Below, piece by piece: positions 18,358 to 28,586 of a DNA stretch of 64,000 nucleotides. The stretch spans positions 168,932 through 232,931 of the IMG/VR virus record IMGVR_UViG_3300033984_000473; one strand, written 5' to 3'. The translations under genes and the position numbers were made by a program. Numbering within the stretch: position 1 is the first letter of the stretch; every line of letters begins with the position of its first letter. Under the pieces are notes generated by a model that was not told the DNA's origin, did not search any database, and saw nothing but the letters and a program-made list of their open reading frames with translations.

Positions 18358-19116
18358 TTACTTAAATTTACGTTCTACTTCCATCCTCTTTAAACATTCG
18401 AAAGGTGTTTCGTTGGGGTTAAGTGTATAATTACATCCAATAACACCACCCTTCCAACTACCAGTTCTTTCACCAACTTCTTCATTAAAGTTTATCTCAA
18501 TAACATGTCTAGTTTTAATTTGTAAACCAAACCATCTCTTCCAATATCTTTTAACTTGATGAATCGTTGCTTTTATATTTTGAATGTCGCCAGAATTTAA
18601 TTGATAAGCATAATCATGCACTTCATATAATATTTTATCGGACCATTTATCTGAATCCCAAAAATCATCACCTTTTTCTTCTTTTTTCCAACCATCTTTA
18701 AGTAAGTATTCAGTTTTTAAATGGTTATACGCCCATGGAAAATCAAATGATAGTTTATGGAAACCTCTAACCCAAAATTGGTTTGGAAATCCACTGTCAA
18801 TATGGTAAAACATAAGACCATATGTTTTTGATTCAGAAGTATTACCTCTACCAGTATCATACGGTAAATGAATATATAAATTACCCCAAGAATAAAAACA
18901 TAATATCAACGATATCGGTATTAACCATAAACTAATGAATGGTAACACTAATAAAAGTAACGTTGTTAAATTAGTGTTAATTTGTGGTCTAGGGTCGAAA
19001 TAACCATTATTTTCATATGTTAAATAGAAACCATTACCTTTACTACTTTTAGGATAAAAAGACACCCATTTTTGGTAATCTTCAGTATCTGCATTTGTGA
19101 ACTTAAATTTTATCAT
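18358..19116 (-). CDS. hypothetical membrane protein
   Basis: 252-aa ORF with one hydrophobic segment; own promoter. Confidence 0.7.
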   Translation of the reverse strand: MIKFKFTNADTEDYQKWVSFYPKSSKGNGFYLTYENNGYFDPRPQINTNLTTLLLLVLPFISLWLIPISLILCFYSWGNLYIHLPYDTGRGNTSESKTYGLMFYHIDSGFPNQFWVRGFHKLSFDFPWAYNHLKTEYLLKDGWKKEEKGDDFWDSDKWSDKILYEVHDYAYQLNSGDIQNIKATIHQVKRYWKRWFGLQIKTRHVIEINFNEEVGERTGSWKGGVIGCNYTLNPNETPFECLKRMEVERKFK

Positions 19117-19217
19117 ATTTTATATTTTTTAACAAAGGTACTAAATTTATTTGTTCTTATCAACATACAACCTATTTATTTTTTAAAATATTTTCGCTAT
19201 ATTTAAAATAAAACATT

Positions 19218-19361
19218 ATGACTGATATTAAAAAAATTAGTGTGGCTTTGTCACCAGAGATTCTTAAACAATTAGAAGAAGGTAATTATAATAAATCCAA
19301 ATTAATCGATTCACTTTTAACTGAACACTTTAAGAAAGAAAACGAAAAAAAGAGTAAATAA
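19218..19361 (+). CDS. small ribbon-helix-helix-like protein
   Basis: MTDIKKISVALSPEILKQLEEGNYNKSKLIDSLLTEHF. Confidence 0.55.
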   Translation: MTDIKKISVALSPEILKQLEEGNYNKSKLIDSLLTEHFKKENEKKSK

Positions 19362-19424
19362 AATTCGCCTTAGTACGACTTTTTTAATATTTCTAGATAT
19401 TTATAGATATAAACAATAAATATT

Positions 19425-19586
19425 ATGGGAAGAAAAGCAAAAACAACAGAAGAAAAGAAAGGTAAATTATCTATTACCATATCATCAGAAAACTATGACC
19501 AACTTGTTAAAGATGGGATGAATAAGTCACAACTAATCAATTGGTTGTTAGAACAGCATTTTAACAGTCTTAACAATGGAAAGTAA
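19425..19586 (+). CDS. small ribbon-helix-helix-like protein (paralog)
   Basis: KGKLSITISSENYDQLVKDGMNKSQLINWLLEQHF; overlaps the HNH start. Confidence 0.55.
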   Translation: MGRKAKTTEEKKGKLSITISSENYDQLVKDGMNKSQLINWLLEQHFNSLNNGK

Positions 19587-20217
19587 GGTTTGCACCAAGT
19601 GTGGTGAAGAAAAAGCATTGTGTGACTTCTATAAGCGTTTAGATAGTACTACTGCACAATGTAAAGTTTGTCTAAAAGAATTTAATAAGAAAAGATATCA
19701 TGATGACGCTGAGAAGAATCGGGAATACAGTAGAAACTACCGAAAAGCTAACCCATTAAAAGGTCGTGAAGATGTTAAGAAATGGCGTGAAGCTAATCCA
19801 GATAAACATAAAGAAGCTCAAGCTAAATGGTTAGCTAAGAATCCAGATTACGAGAAAGAAAGAAGTAAACGTAGACGTAAAGAAACACCACACATATTTG
19901 CATGGCGTGATATGTTAAAAGACTCATTAAAAAGGTTAGGAAAGAAAAAAGAAGGTCATACAATAGACCTTCTTGGATATTCTGCTCTGGAATTAAAAGA
20001 ACACATAGAATCATTATTCACCGAAGGTATGACTTGGGATAACCATGGTGAATGGCACATAGACCATATAATCCCAGTAATTACTTTTGACCCAGCAACA
20101 CCTTCTAGTGTTGTAAATGCTTTGAGTAACCTACAACCATTATGGTCTACTACAAGAGAGGTAAATGGTGTTATACACATTGGAAATTTAAACAAAGGAA
20201 AACAATTAATTCATTAA
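19576..20217 (+). CDS. HNH homing endonuclease with N-terminal Zn finger
   Basis: CTKC..CKVC, WHIDHIIP..NLQPLW..N. Confidence 0.85.
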   Translation: MESKVCTKCGEEKALCDFYKRLDSTTAQCKVCLKEFNKKRYHDDAEKNREYSRNYRKANPLKGREDVKKWREANPDKHKEAQAKWLAKNPDYEKERSKRRRKETPHIFAWRDMLKDSLKRLGKKKEGHTIDLLGYSALELKEHIESLFTEGMTWDNHGEWHIDHIIPVITFDPATPSSVVNALSNLQPLWSTTREVNGVIHIGNLNKGKQLIH

Positions 20218-20412
20218 ACCAGTATAATCCTTGTTTACGTTTAATTGTTCAACGTAGCCAGTCCCTAAGATGTAATCTTGTGGTAGTATATATACAAACT
20301 TCTTATCAACATCAGATGTTGGAGTTTGTGTTCCGTATGCTTGTGACCCAATGATACATTCAAATAGGATAAGCCCGTTTTGTTCTAAGTATTCGTGTGT
20401 TATTTGTGTCAT
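20206..20412 (-). pseudogene. truncated duplicate of the nucleotidyltransferase 5' end
   Basis: GLILFECIIGSQAYGTQTPTSDVDKKFVYILP identical to 17063-18274; cut at the HNH gene end. Confidence 0.85.
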
Positions 20413-20459
20413 ATTCTTTATTTTTAACAAAGGTAAGTATAATATTTTGATTTTCCTAA

Positions 20460-20711
20460 TTATTCAATTATTTTTATTGAATTAATCGAAGAATAAGTTT
20501 TAACGTACCCATTTACAAACTCCACTAGGTAAGTTATGGTAGTATGTGATTCACTTTGACCCCACCAATCATTTTCTGGTGTGTCTGGTGTTATCTGTAT
20601 GTATGTTGTGTTCCTATTTTCAGTAACAGATTTGATTTCTAACACCACAGCTACCTTAGCATCAGTCATTATCTCTACCTTTTTTCCTTTTAATAAGTCT
20701 AATACGTCCAT
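20460..20711 (-). CDS. hypothetical protein
   Basis: 83-aa ORF. Confidence 0.6.
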   Translation of the reverse strand: MDVLDLLKGKKVEIMTDAKVAVVLEIKSVTENRNTTYIQITPDTPENDWWGQSESHTTITYLVEFVNGYVKTYSSINSIKIIE

Positions 20712-20721
20712 AATAATGTTT

Positions 20722-21261
20722 TTAATTTGTAATGAATCCTTTTTTTATACAATCATGTATATAAGTTGAGTGATGAATGTTCTTTTCGTTAGCATACCCT
20801 AGTGACATATGCAGTCCAAAGTGTGGTCTCCCCAAATTTATCTCTGCTCTTATTTCATGCAGCAGCTCTCTTTCATCATTTGGTATGTTTAACCACCATG
20901 AACGGTCATCTGTTCTAGGGTTTAGGTCCAATACTATCTCTATTTGTTTACCATCCCATTTTTTCTTGCATTCTTCCCAAGATTTTAACGCAGCTTCTTC
21001 AGATATAGTTCCGTTTTGTGTTAAATCTCTCATACTATCATTGATGAAAGAAATGTGAGCACCCCTTAGTGGTTTGTTTAGTGTGATACTATACCTACGT
21101 TGTAAAAACCAAGCATAGTACTCACATATATCACCATCAATAAACACCATAGCAATCTTCTTCCAACTAGCTTGGTTAGAATGTTTTTTAGTTTTATCCT
21201 CTGGCTCGAAGCCAATAGTTCCATATAACGTTATTCTTTCTTGCATTTTCTCTTCGCTCAT
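20722..21261 (-). CDS. 2H phosphoesterase-like protein
   Basis: Two HxS motifs (AHISF, LHMSL). Confidence 0.6.
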   Translation of the reverse strand: MSEEKMQERITLYGTIGFEPEDKTKKHSNQASWKKIAMVFIDGDICEYYAWFLQRRYSITLNKPLRGAHISFINDSMRDLTQNGTISEEAALKSWEECKKKWDGKQIEIVLDLNPRTDDRSWWLNIPNDERELLHEIRAEINLGRPHFGLHMSLGYANEKNIHHSTYIHDCIKKGFITN

Positions 21262-21763
21262 AACTTGTGGTTATAAATCCTTTTTGTGGTGAAAAATTCA
21301 TTGCGTTATATATTGTTGGAGTTGTTTCTACCCCAACACATTCTAATAACTCAAAAAAATCTTCTTTCTGTTTAATTTGACCTTTTAAGTCTTTTAATAT
21401 TTGTGCATCAATCTCTTTGGCTAGTTCATCACTTAATAGTTTGATGAGCTCAGCTTCGGCATCCATAACACCATATCTCTGTAAATCAGTTATTCTTTCT
21501 TCTGACCATATAGCATTTAATTTTTTACTACCAAATGAAAGGTTATATGCGTTTTCATCATAACCTTTTGAATAATACCATTTTTTGATTACTTCTTGAG
21601 TTAAATCAACTTCATGGCAAAATATTTTAACTAGGTATTCTAATAAGTTCATACCCCATTCTTGGGTATCGTCTTTGGTTAAAAAAGCACCTTCTTTTAC
21701 ATGATAATATCTATCTAAATACCTTACAATTTCTTCTTGTCTTTGAAAATCTTCCATATACAA
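21194..21763 (-). CDS. protein with a gp23-like capsid segment
   Basis: LNAIWSEE..DL..GVMDAEAELIKLLSDELAKEIDAQIL. Confidence 0.6.
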   Translation of the reverse strand: MYMEDFQRQEEIVRYLDRYYHVKEGAFLTKDDTQEWGMNLLEYLVKIFCHEVDLTQEVIKKWYYSKGYDENAYNLSFGSKKLNAIWSEERITDLQRYGVMDAEAELIKLLSDELAKEIDAQILKDLKGQIKQKEDFFELLECVGVETTPTIYNAMNFSPQKGFITTSYERRENARKNNVIWNYWLRARG

Positions 21764-21793
21764 TTATACGAAAGATTTTCAAAAAATCAAGAG

Positions 21794-22768
21794 TTATGCT
21801 AGTCTAAGATTCTTTAAATAACCTTTTAAGAATGAGTTGGTTGGTCCACCAATTTTTTCAACCCACTTTTGATAGTTGGTTTCGTTTCTTTCTTCCAACT
21901 CAGTTTCAACTTTCTTAGATGGTTTACGTGTTCCATAAGGTAATTTTTCTTCTTGGAATTCTGGGTATAGTTCTCTGTTGAAAACTCTTTCATCAACCAA
22001 GAAAACAAATGCTGTTAATTGGTCACCCAAATCTGGTTCAAAAAAAACACCAGCTTTAACACCAATTTTAGTTATTTCTAAAAGATGTTTATTTAAAGTA
22101 CCAAAACTTTCTTTATTTCTATTAGTCGTACCACCATTAAGTATGATAAAAGTTTTATCTTTTGTTGCCCATTTATTGTATAATTTTTGCATTGGCTCAA
22201 GACCTAATGTATTTTGTTGGTATTCAACAACTGCATGTCCAAATTGAATTCCTTGTTGAATTGGACTAAGATTGTAAGGTACTAGACCATACATTCTATA
22301 TTCCAAATACATGTCGGTTTTTCTTTGCAAAGAATTGTATTTTACCTTGCATTGGATTAACGCATCCAAAAATTCATTCTTAGGCATAGTCGGAAATTCA
22401 AAGAAATGTTTTTCTTTTGAACCATACCATTCTAAAGGCCATTCGTTTATATCTAACACTCTTAGGTTAGCTTCAACACACCATTCGTAAGGTGTTTTTA
22501 ATTCTATTTCTTTTTGTACCATTTCTTTTTTATATTCTTTAAATTCTTCAAATGTCAACGCAGTTGTACCATTTCTTTTAATCCATTCTTTTTTATTCCG
22601 AAGCCAATCTCTATTGCTAAAAGGAGACCCTTCAATATGTCCACCCAAACCTAGAAATTCATTCCTTATTGATACCAGTTCTAAAAGACAATTAATACTA
22701 TTATATGTTTCATCTGGACTGATATCATAGGTTTTCTTTAACCAAACTATGTACTCTACGTATTCCAT
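21794..22768 (-). CDS. N-terminal unknown domain plus Pth2-like peptidyl-tRNA hydrolase
   Basis: IQQGIQFGHA..W..KTFIILNGG..FFEPDLGDQLTA. Confidence 0.65.
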   Translation of the reverse strand: MEYVEYIVWLKKTYDISPDETYNSINCLLELVSIRNEFLGLGGHIEGSPFSNRDWLRNKKEWIKRNGTTALTFEEFKEYKKEMVQKEIELKTPYEWCVEANLRVLDINEWPLEWYGSKEKHFFEFPTMPKNEFLDALIQCKVKYNSLQRKTDMYLEYRMYGLVPYNLSPIQQGIQFGHAVVEYQQNTLGLEPMQKLYNKWATKDKTFIILNGGTTNRNKESFGTLNKHLLEITKIGVKAGVFFEPDLGDQLTAFVFLVDERVFNRELYPEFQEEKLPYGTRKPSKKVETELEERNETNYQKWVEKIGGPTNSFLKGYLKNLRLA

Positions 22769-23319
22769 TCTGGTTTGTTTTGTTTAATCACAAAATGTCT
22801 AACCCTTAAATTGTTGTACTCTTTTTCCGTCAATAAATTTTTAGCTCTTTTGTTTATCAAAGTTCGTAGTGTTTCACGACTTAGATTATATCTAATCGCA
22901 ATAACATCTAACATGAAATCATTATCCATATAGAAATCGACAATTTCCAATACTTCAATATCTGTAATATCTCTAGACCTTCTATGTACCGTTAAACCAG
23001 CACCATGTAAACAATTTTCTTTTCTGGTAACCCATTCTAAGTTCTTAACTCGATTATTTAGTCTATTACCATCCTTATGATTAATAACTAACCCTTTTTT
23101 ATAATCTAAAAATGTCAACCCTATTAATTTATGTACTGTTGTTGTACATCTAGAACCATCAACACAACGAATTGTTATTTGAGGGTAGCCTCTGGAGTTC
23201 ACGCTAACCTTGTAGTTTACAATCCCACTATCCGTATGTCTTCTAACATTTCCTTCATTACTAACTTCAATTAGTTCTTTAAATTCTCTATTAGAAACAG
23301 CTTTTTTCCACTCTACCAT
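22756..23319 (-). CDS. NUMOD4-HNH endonuclease
   Basis: WK..EVSNEGNVR, VHKL, INHKDGNRLNN..NLEW. Confidence 0.9.
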   Translation of the reverse strand: MVEWKKAVSNREFKELIEVSNEGNVRRHTDSGIVNYKVSVNSRGYPQITIRCVDGSRCTTTVHKLIGLTFLDYKKGLVINHKDGNRLNNRVKNLEWVTRKENCLHGAGLTVHRRSRDITDIEVLEIVDFYMDNDFMLDVIAIRYNLSRETLRTLINKRAKNLLTEKEYNNLRVRHFVIKQNKPEWNT

Positions 23320-23330
23320 AATATTTGTTT

Positions 23331-24623
23331 TTAATTTCCTATCTCAACCAAATGAGATACAGTACATTGTGAAGAATTATACACGATGTATTCGTTATTT
23401 TTTAAATCAGCACCACCTTTGGCAAATACAGAATCATAATCATCTTTTTTCAAGGCTGTGTGTGATAATGAATAACAACTAGAAGTATGATGAAGGATTT
23501 CCTTTTGATTACCCAAATGTACATCAAACAATGCTAAGAAAGCTTTATCATCACCACCTTTGGTCCAATAAGAACCTCTCAATGATGAATAACCGATTGA
23601 TTTCTGAGCTTTATCGGCAAAATAGATTCCATCTCCAAACATAGAACCAGTATGAACTGCACCAGAAGGTCTGATAAGTAACCCAGTTTGTAAAATGTTA
23701 AACCAGTTCTCATTTCTAGAACCATGCCAGTAAAGTCTTCTTTTCTTAACCTTAGCAGTTTCATAGTTCTTATCAAATATTTTTTGGGTTTTATTATTAA
23801 CCACCTTGAATACTCTTTTGACTTGATGTGCGTTAGGTCCCATAAGTTTCGTAACCAAAGCAAGTGTTTCTTTATCTTCCTCAACTTCAACACTAAGACC
23901 CATTTGGTCAAGTATAGTAACTTGGTCAACATGTTCTTCTTCTGGAGCTTCAGCTATTGCTTTTTGTTGTTTAAGTAGTTGTACTTGTCCAGCCATTGTA
24001 TCTAGTGTAGATTGTTCTTGACCAATGAATTTCTGAGCATTTTCAAGTGCTTTGGCATCATTAATTTCGTTTACAAGGTAATCACGTACATTATCCATTC
24101 TTCTAGGGATAATTGTATATAATTTAAGTAACATATCATTAACCAATTTCTTATCCACATCTAGAACCATGATAGCACTAATTCTATCTATGATTTCTTG
24201 GGCGGCAAGTACTTGTTGCTCAGATACAGCATCTTGCGTTACTTTATAATTTCTTTGAATAGATTTGTTTGCAAATGACATTAATTCATCGATAAGCTTT
24301 TTAACAGCTGAGTTTTTGATTTCTTCAGTTTTTTGTGCAGTCGCTGCTTTGGTTGCATCGTCAATAACTGGTTCTGCTAGGAATTCAGTTACATCAGTAT
24401 AACCTTTTTTATCAGAAGTTTTCTCTCTAAGGATTTTATCCCATTCATGTCTAGATTTGAATACTGTAGTCATATTTTTACCTACTCTACCATATTCACA
24501 TTGTATTCTACCATCGGAAAGTTCTTCCATGATATAAACCTTGTTACTATTGTCGGTCATTCCGTTATCAATAGAAACATGTACTAATTTAGCGTATCTT
24601 AAACCGTTTTCTTTTGTTATCAT
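23331..24623 (-). CDS. poly(ADP-ribose) polymerase (WGR + regulatory + catalytic domains)
   Basis: YGRVG, LYTIIP, WHGSR, MFGDGIYFAD..KS.GY, NEYIVY (H-Y-E triad). Confidence 0.9.
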   Translation of the reverse strand: MITKENGLRYAKLVHVSIDNGMTDNSNKVYIMEELSDGRIQCEYGRVGKNMTTVFKSRHEWDKILREKTSDKKGYTDVTEFLAEPVIDDATKAATAQKTEEIKNSAVKKLIDELMSFANKSIQRNYKVTQDAVSEQQVLAAQEIIDRISAIMVLDVDKKLVNDMLLKLYTIIPRRMDNVRDYLVNEINDAKALENAQKFIGQEQSTLDTMAGQVQLLKQQKAIAEAPEEEHVDQVTILDQMGLSVEVEEDKETLALVTKLMGPNAHQVKRVFKVVNNKTQKIFDKNYETAKVKKRRLYWHGSRNENWFNILQTGLLIRPSGAVHTGSMFGDGIYFADKAQKSIGYSSLRGSYWTKGGDDKAFLALFDVHLGNQKEILHHTSSCYSLSHTALKKDDYDSVFAKGGADLKNNEYIVYNSSQCTVSHLVEIGN

Positions 24624-24755
24624 TTTAATTTATTTTTACAAAGGTAATAATTTTATTTGGATTATACAAATATTTTAATAAGAATCTGGACCATCACTAC
24701 AAATGTGGCGTTCCCACCATGCTTTAAAAACTATTTTGAATCTTGCCCACATAAT

Positions 24756-24959
24756 TTACCACTTTTTAGTAACATCGTCAAACAACGTTGCGTTATTAGT
24801 TATCCAATCATAAAATAATCGTTGCATGTTTGGTGGAACCATATGTCCATTAACATAAACAACATCAATTACAATTTCAATTTCTTGACCCGCTGGAAGC
24901 GGCATGTCTTTAGCAACTTCGGCTGCTTTCTTAAGTCTATATACTTTATTTTGTATCAT
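24756..24959 (-). CDS. hypothetical protein
   Basis: 67-aa ORF. Confidence 0.55.
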   Translation of the reverse strand: MIQNKVYRLKKAAEVAKDMPLPAGQEIEIVIDVVYVNGHMVPPNMQRLFYDWITNNATLFDDVTKKW

Positions 24960-25026
24960 AGTTTTTTTATTAAAAATACGTTATTTGTAGAAAAAATAAA
25001 GGGTTTTACCCCTTTATTTCTTGGTT

Positions 25027-26082
25027 TTAAGCTAACTTAAAGAACATTTCTCTTACCTTTGATGAAACGTATTTGTTTACATCTTTAGGTTCAATATTAT
25101 TGGCTACCATAGTATCCATTTCTTCTTTGGTAATGTCAGTTACAACCCATCTAATAACATCACCCATCTTTTTAACATCGATTGGTTCGTCATTTGGGAA
25201 TACATTTTCAAGTGATTGATTGAAACGACTTTCAGTAACTGCATACTCAACAAATTTTTGGATAGAACCCAATTTCTCAACATCAACACTCGCTAGAGTT
25301 TTAACCTTAGAGCTAGAGTGCTTTTCACCCTTAACCTTAAATCTATGAACGATACCGTTTACATTGGTTGACCAAACAATACCCTCACCGATTCCAGAGA
25401 ACCCAAAAGCTTTCGCTACAGGACATTCTTCTTCAACTGCGATAGTTAACTCGGATAATTGGTTTTGAATCAATTGAGGCATGTTAAAATCGATATCGAT
25501 AGAGAACGTTGGGAAATCATCAATATTGTAGATGTTATCATCTGGAGACTTTAAATAATGGTAAGGAATCCAGAACGCTGGTTTTAATCTAGCTTCTTCT
25601 TCACTATAGGTGATAGGTGAAACCTTAACACCAAATATAAAGAATGATTTAGGTAAATTACAAATACCAACACCTTTTTGAATGTTACCACCACACCATT
25701 CACCATAAATCGTAACGATGTTATTTCTAGCATCAAATAAATTAAACGAATTTATCTGGTTAGCAAATTTTTTAAACGCTTCTTTATGTGATTCAACAAA
25801 GAAAGCAAACCCAGCATTGTCTTTTTCTATTGTAATGATGTTCTCACGTGATTGTGCCCAGTATTCACTTTGTGATTGGTCATAACCATAGTTAAAAGAT
25901 ACAGCAGCATTGGTTCCGTGTAATTTCACAGTACCTTTAAACGTAAGCACTGGCTTAGGAAGATTTGGGTCATAAATAGCATCACCATTCTCATCTAACC
26001 CGATGTAGTTGTAATGTCTATTTATGTTCGTCACGACAGTTCTAAACTGTTCAATTGACGGGAATTTAATCATTTTTTTCAT
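25027..26082 (-). CDS. RNA ligase (Rnl2-like)
   Basis: KLHGTN motif I, YGEW, GEGIVW, FKVK. Confidence 0.85.
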   Translation of the reverse strand: MKKMIKFPSIEQFRTVVTNINRHYNYIGLDENGDAIYDPNLPKPVLTFKGTVKLHGTNAAVSFNYGYDQSQSEYWAQSRENIITIEKDNAGFAFFVESHKEAFKKFANQINSFNLFDARNNIVTIYGEWCGGNIQKGVGICNLPKSFFIFGVKVSPITYSEEEARLKPAFWIPYHYLKSPDDNIYNIDDFPTFSIDIDFNMPQLIQNQLSELTIAVEEECPVAKAFGFSGIGEGIVWSTNVNGIVHRFKVKGEKHSSSKVKTLASVDVEKLGSIQKFVEYAVTESRFNQSLENVFPNDEPIDVKKMGDVIRWVVTDITKEEMDTMVANNIEPKDVNKYVSSKVREMFFKLA

Positions 26083-26094
26083 AATAAATATTTT

Positions 26095-26349
26095 TTAACG
26101 TGTTAAGTATAACATACAAACGTAAACACCGACTGCGTATCCAGTTCCAGAAAAACAAGCCATTTTGACTCTATCTCTCATGGTTTTAGCTTCGATGATA
26201 AAAACAACGAATGGTAAAGATATAAAAGGACTGATAAATGCAAAAAATAAAGTTTGCATTAAATTCTTATCCGCAACTCCGTTTATATAAAAAGTCGTAA
26301 CTATTTCTAAACAGAATGCGGATAAAAAGATTATAAGGTATTTCTTCAA
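26095..26349 (-). CDS. small membrane protein
   Basis: Three hydrophobic segments. Confidence 0.6.
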   Translation of the reverse strand: MKKYLIIFLSAFCLEIVTTFYINGVADKNLMQTLFFAFISPFISLPFVVFIIEAKTMRDRVKMACFSGTGYAVGVYVCMLYLTR

Positions 26350-26351
26350 GG

Positions 26352-26822
26352 TTAGAAGCTATACGATAAACTAGGTGTTACATAGTCAACCTTATCCCAG
26401 TTGCTATAAGTTAAACCATAAGTTATTTTACCAATAGTTCTAGTCAACCCAAATCCGTATTCAACGAATACTGCATTGTCTGTGATGAAATAACTACCTA
26501 AACCTAAAACTACATTACCACTAACTTCTTTGGTGAATGGAAATGCTTGTGTTACTTTACCCTCGTAGTAATACTGAGCTAAATTATCACCAGTTTGTGC
26601 AATCCCACGTGTTGCTCCACGACCCACTACTAAACCTAATGATAAGTTGTTACGTGTTACACCATACTCTAAGCTTGGATAAGAAGTTTCATCTAAAGAT
26701 TTACCATCTACATGGTTTCCGATTGAATAGCCAACAGCTAAATACTTAGTTGTTTCTGATTTTGTTTGTGCAAATGCACTTAAGCTTACTAAAGCTAATA
26801 CTAAAAATGTTAATTTTTTCAT
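26352..26822 (-). CDS. small outer-membrane beta-barrel protein
   Basis: Signal peptide, alternating strands, C-terminal YSF. Confidence 0.7.
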   Translation of the reverse strand: MKKLTFLVLALVSLSAFAQTKSETTKYLAVGYSIGNHVDGKSLDETSYPSLEYGVTRNNLSLGLVVGRGATRGIAQTGDNLAQYYYEGKVTQAFPFTKEVSGNVVLGLGSYFITDNAVFVEYGFGLTRTIGKITYGLTYSNWDKVDYVTPSLSYSF

Positions 26823-26877
26823 CTTTTTTTTGTTTTTGTTTTTTGTTATTGTTATTTTTGGTTAATCCTGTTAGTGA

Positions 26878-28374
26878 TTATTTTGCTTTTAGCGTTTTAG
26901 CCATATTTTCAATTTCAATACATGATTCAAGTGTATCACATGTATCTTTGTCAGTTCTTAACTCAACAATCGATGGATGTTGTGTTGACCAACCCTTGTC
27001 AGTTTCTGAAAGACCACAACATCTAATTTGCACAACAGTACCCATTAGTTCGTCTTGTCTAGCAGTAACATCAGCCATCATAGCTTCAGTCATTCCACCA
27101 GGAGCAGTCTTCAATTTACCACACTCACTTTCCAATTGCAATACTGATATTACGTTCTCATTCTTGGTACCTTTGGCACCATAATTGAATCCGATGATTC
27201 TTAAATCCATATCCATCTCAAGTTTCATCTTGATTTGGTATGTTGGTTTACCATCCTTCCAACCAGCAGAAGCTTGTTTGATTATAGTTCCTTCTAGACC
27301 TCTATTTTGAGTATCCATGAAGTGTTCCATCGCTTCCTCATAAGTTCTAATGAATCTTGTTTCGATAAGGTCAACTTGGTCATGACTTTGCCCTTCAAGT
27401 CTTTTTCTAAGTGTGTTGTATCTTTCGTGGTATTCAGTGTCAGATTTAAAAGCGAAATACTCATCAACGCTAATCATATCCCAAACTGTAAATCTTAACT
27501 TATCCAAAGCATCAGCCATCGGCCCATGTTTATCTTCAAATGCTGCAACTTTCTTCGCAGTTTCAACTTCACCTCTTTCGTCAGCTTTCTCAACGATATC
27601 CATGATAGAGTTTACCATACCATTGGCAATTGTTCTTTTAACACCATCAATCGTTAACTCGCCATTAAGCACACAATCTTCCAATTGAGATAGTTCTTCT
27701 AAAAATTTGGCACCAGTAAGTGTAGATACTTCACCTTGTCTAGAAATCAATTCAACTTCACCACTTCTTATGATGGCGTTACGATATGTTCCATCAGCTT
27801 TCACTTGTGACATAACCGCTTTACCTTTCTCGAATAACTTAATAGCACCTTTCTCAGAGAATGACTTAGCACCTTGATATGGAGTTTCTTCAATCAATTT
27901 GGGTATAACTTTGTTGATTCCAGAATCCATTCCGATTTTAAGGTTCTTATCTATGATACGCTCAATAACATAAGCATCGTCAGCATCTAAATAAGATAAG
28001 ATATTTAATAAGAAATCGGTAGCTGAAGCACCAGTATAAGTTCTATCAGAAAGACGAGTCAATTCTTCTATCGATTCTGCTAATGTTAGTGTTGTTTCAA
28101 CATTAGAGTATTGTGGAATCTGTTTGATATAGAATTTGATTCTAGGTGAATGAGCCAAATAGATTACTCTTTTTAACAACTCATTATCTTTGTATTTTGA
28201 TAAGACTTTTATCTTATCATTTTTACCACCAACAGCAGCAATTTCATCAAGGATGTTTTTGATTGTCATTTTTGGGTGTTTTTTTTGGTACTCAGCTTTA
28301 GCTTTTTCCATGTTTTTCATTTCGAATTCGTGTATAGAAGCTTCTGCTCTATCGTTTTTCCAATCTTCACTCAT
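26878..28374 (-). CDS. lig: ATP-dependent DNA ligase
   Basis: KADG motif I, LNGEL, EGTIIK, KMK, OB fold. Confidence 0.9.
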   Translation of the reverse strand: MSEDWKNDRAEASIHEFEMKNMEKAKAEYQKKHPKMTIKNILDEIAAVGGKNDKIKVLSKYKDNELLKRVIYLAHSPRIKFYIKQIPQYSNVETTLTLAESIEELTRLSDRTYTGASATDFLLNILSYLDADDAYVIERIIDKNLKIGMDSGINKVIPKLIEETPYQGAKSFSEKGAIKLFEKGKAVMSQVKADGTYRNAIIRSGEVELISRQGEVSTLTGAKFLEELSQLEDCVLNGELTIDGVKRTIANGMVNSIMDIVEKADERGEVETAKKVAAFEDKHGPMADALDKLRFTVWDMISVDEYFAFKSDTEYHERYNTLRKRLEGQSHDQVDLIETRFIRTYEEAMEHFMDTQNRGLEGTIIKQASAGWKDGKPTYQIKMKLEMDMDLRIIGFNYGAKGTKNENVISVLQLESECGKLKTAPGGMTEAMMADVTARQDELMGTVVQIRCCGLSETDKGWSTQHPSIVELRTDKDTCDTLESCIEIENMAKTLKAK

Positions 28375-28379
28375 AATTT

Positions 28380-28544
28380 TTATTTTGTTGTTAAATAATA
28401 AAACCCAACTACTATAATTCCTAGTATGATTACAGTTGCAATAAGGCAACCACAACCACGTTTGTCATTTTTAGATTCTGAAGCGGTTTCAACCCCAGCT
28501 TCAATCACACCTACTATTAGTTCTCCGATTATTTCGTGTGGCAT
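28380..28544 (-). CDS. small membrane protein (54 aa)
   Basis: MPHEIIGEL..GCGCLIATVIILGIIVVGFYYL; promoter upstream. Confidence 0.55.
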   Translation of the reverse strand: MPHEIIGELIVGVIEAGVETASESKNDKRGCGCLIATVIILGIIVVGFYYLTTK

Positions 28545-28586
28545 AAGTTATATTTTATTTGATTTCTAGATTACAAAGGTACAAAA

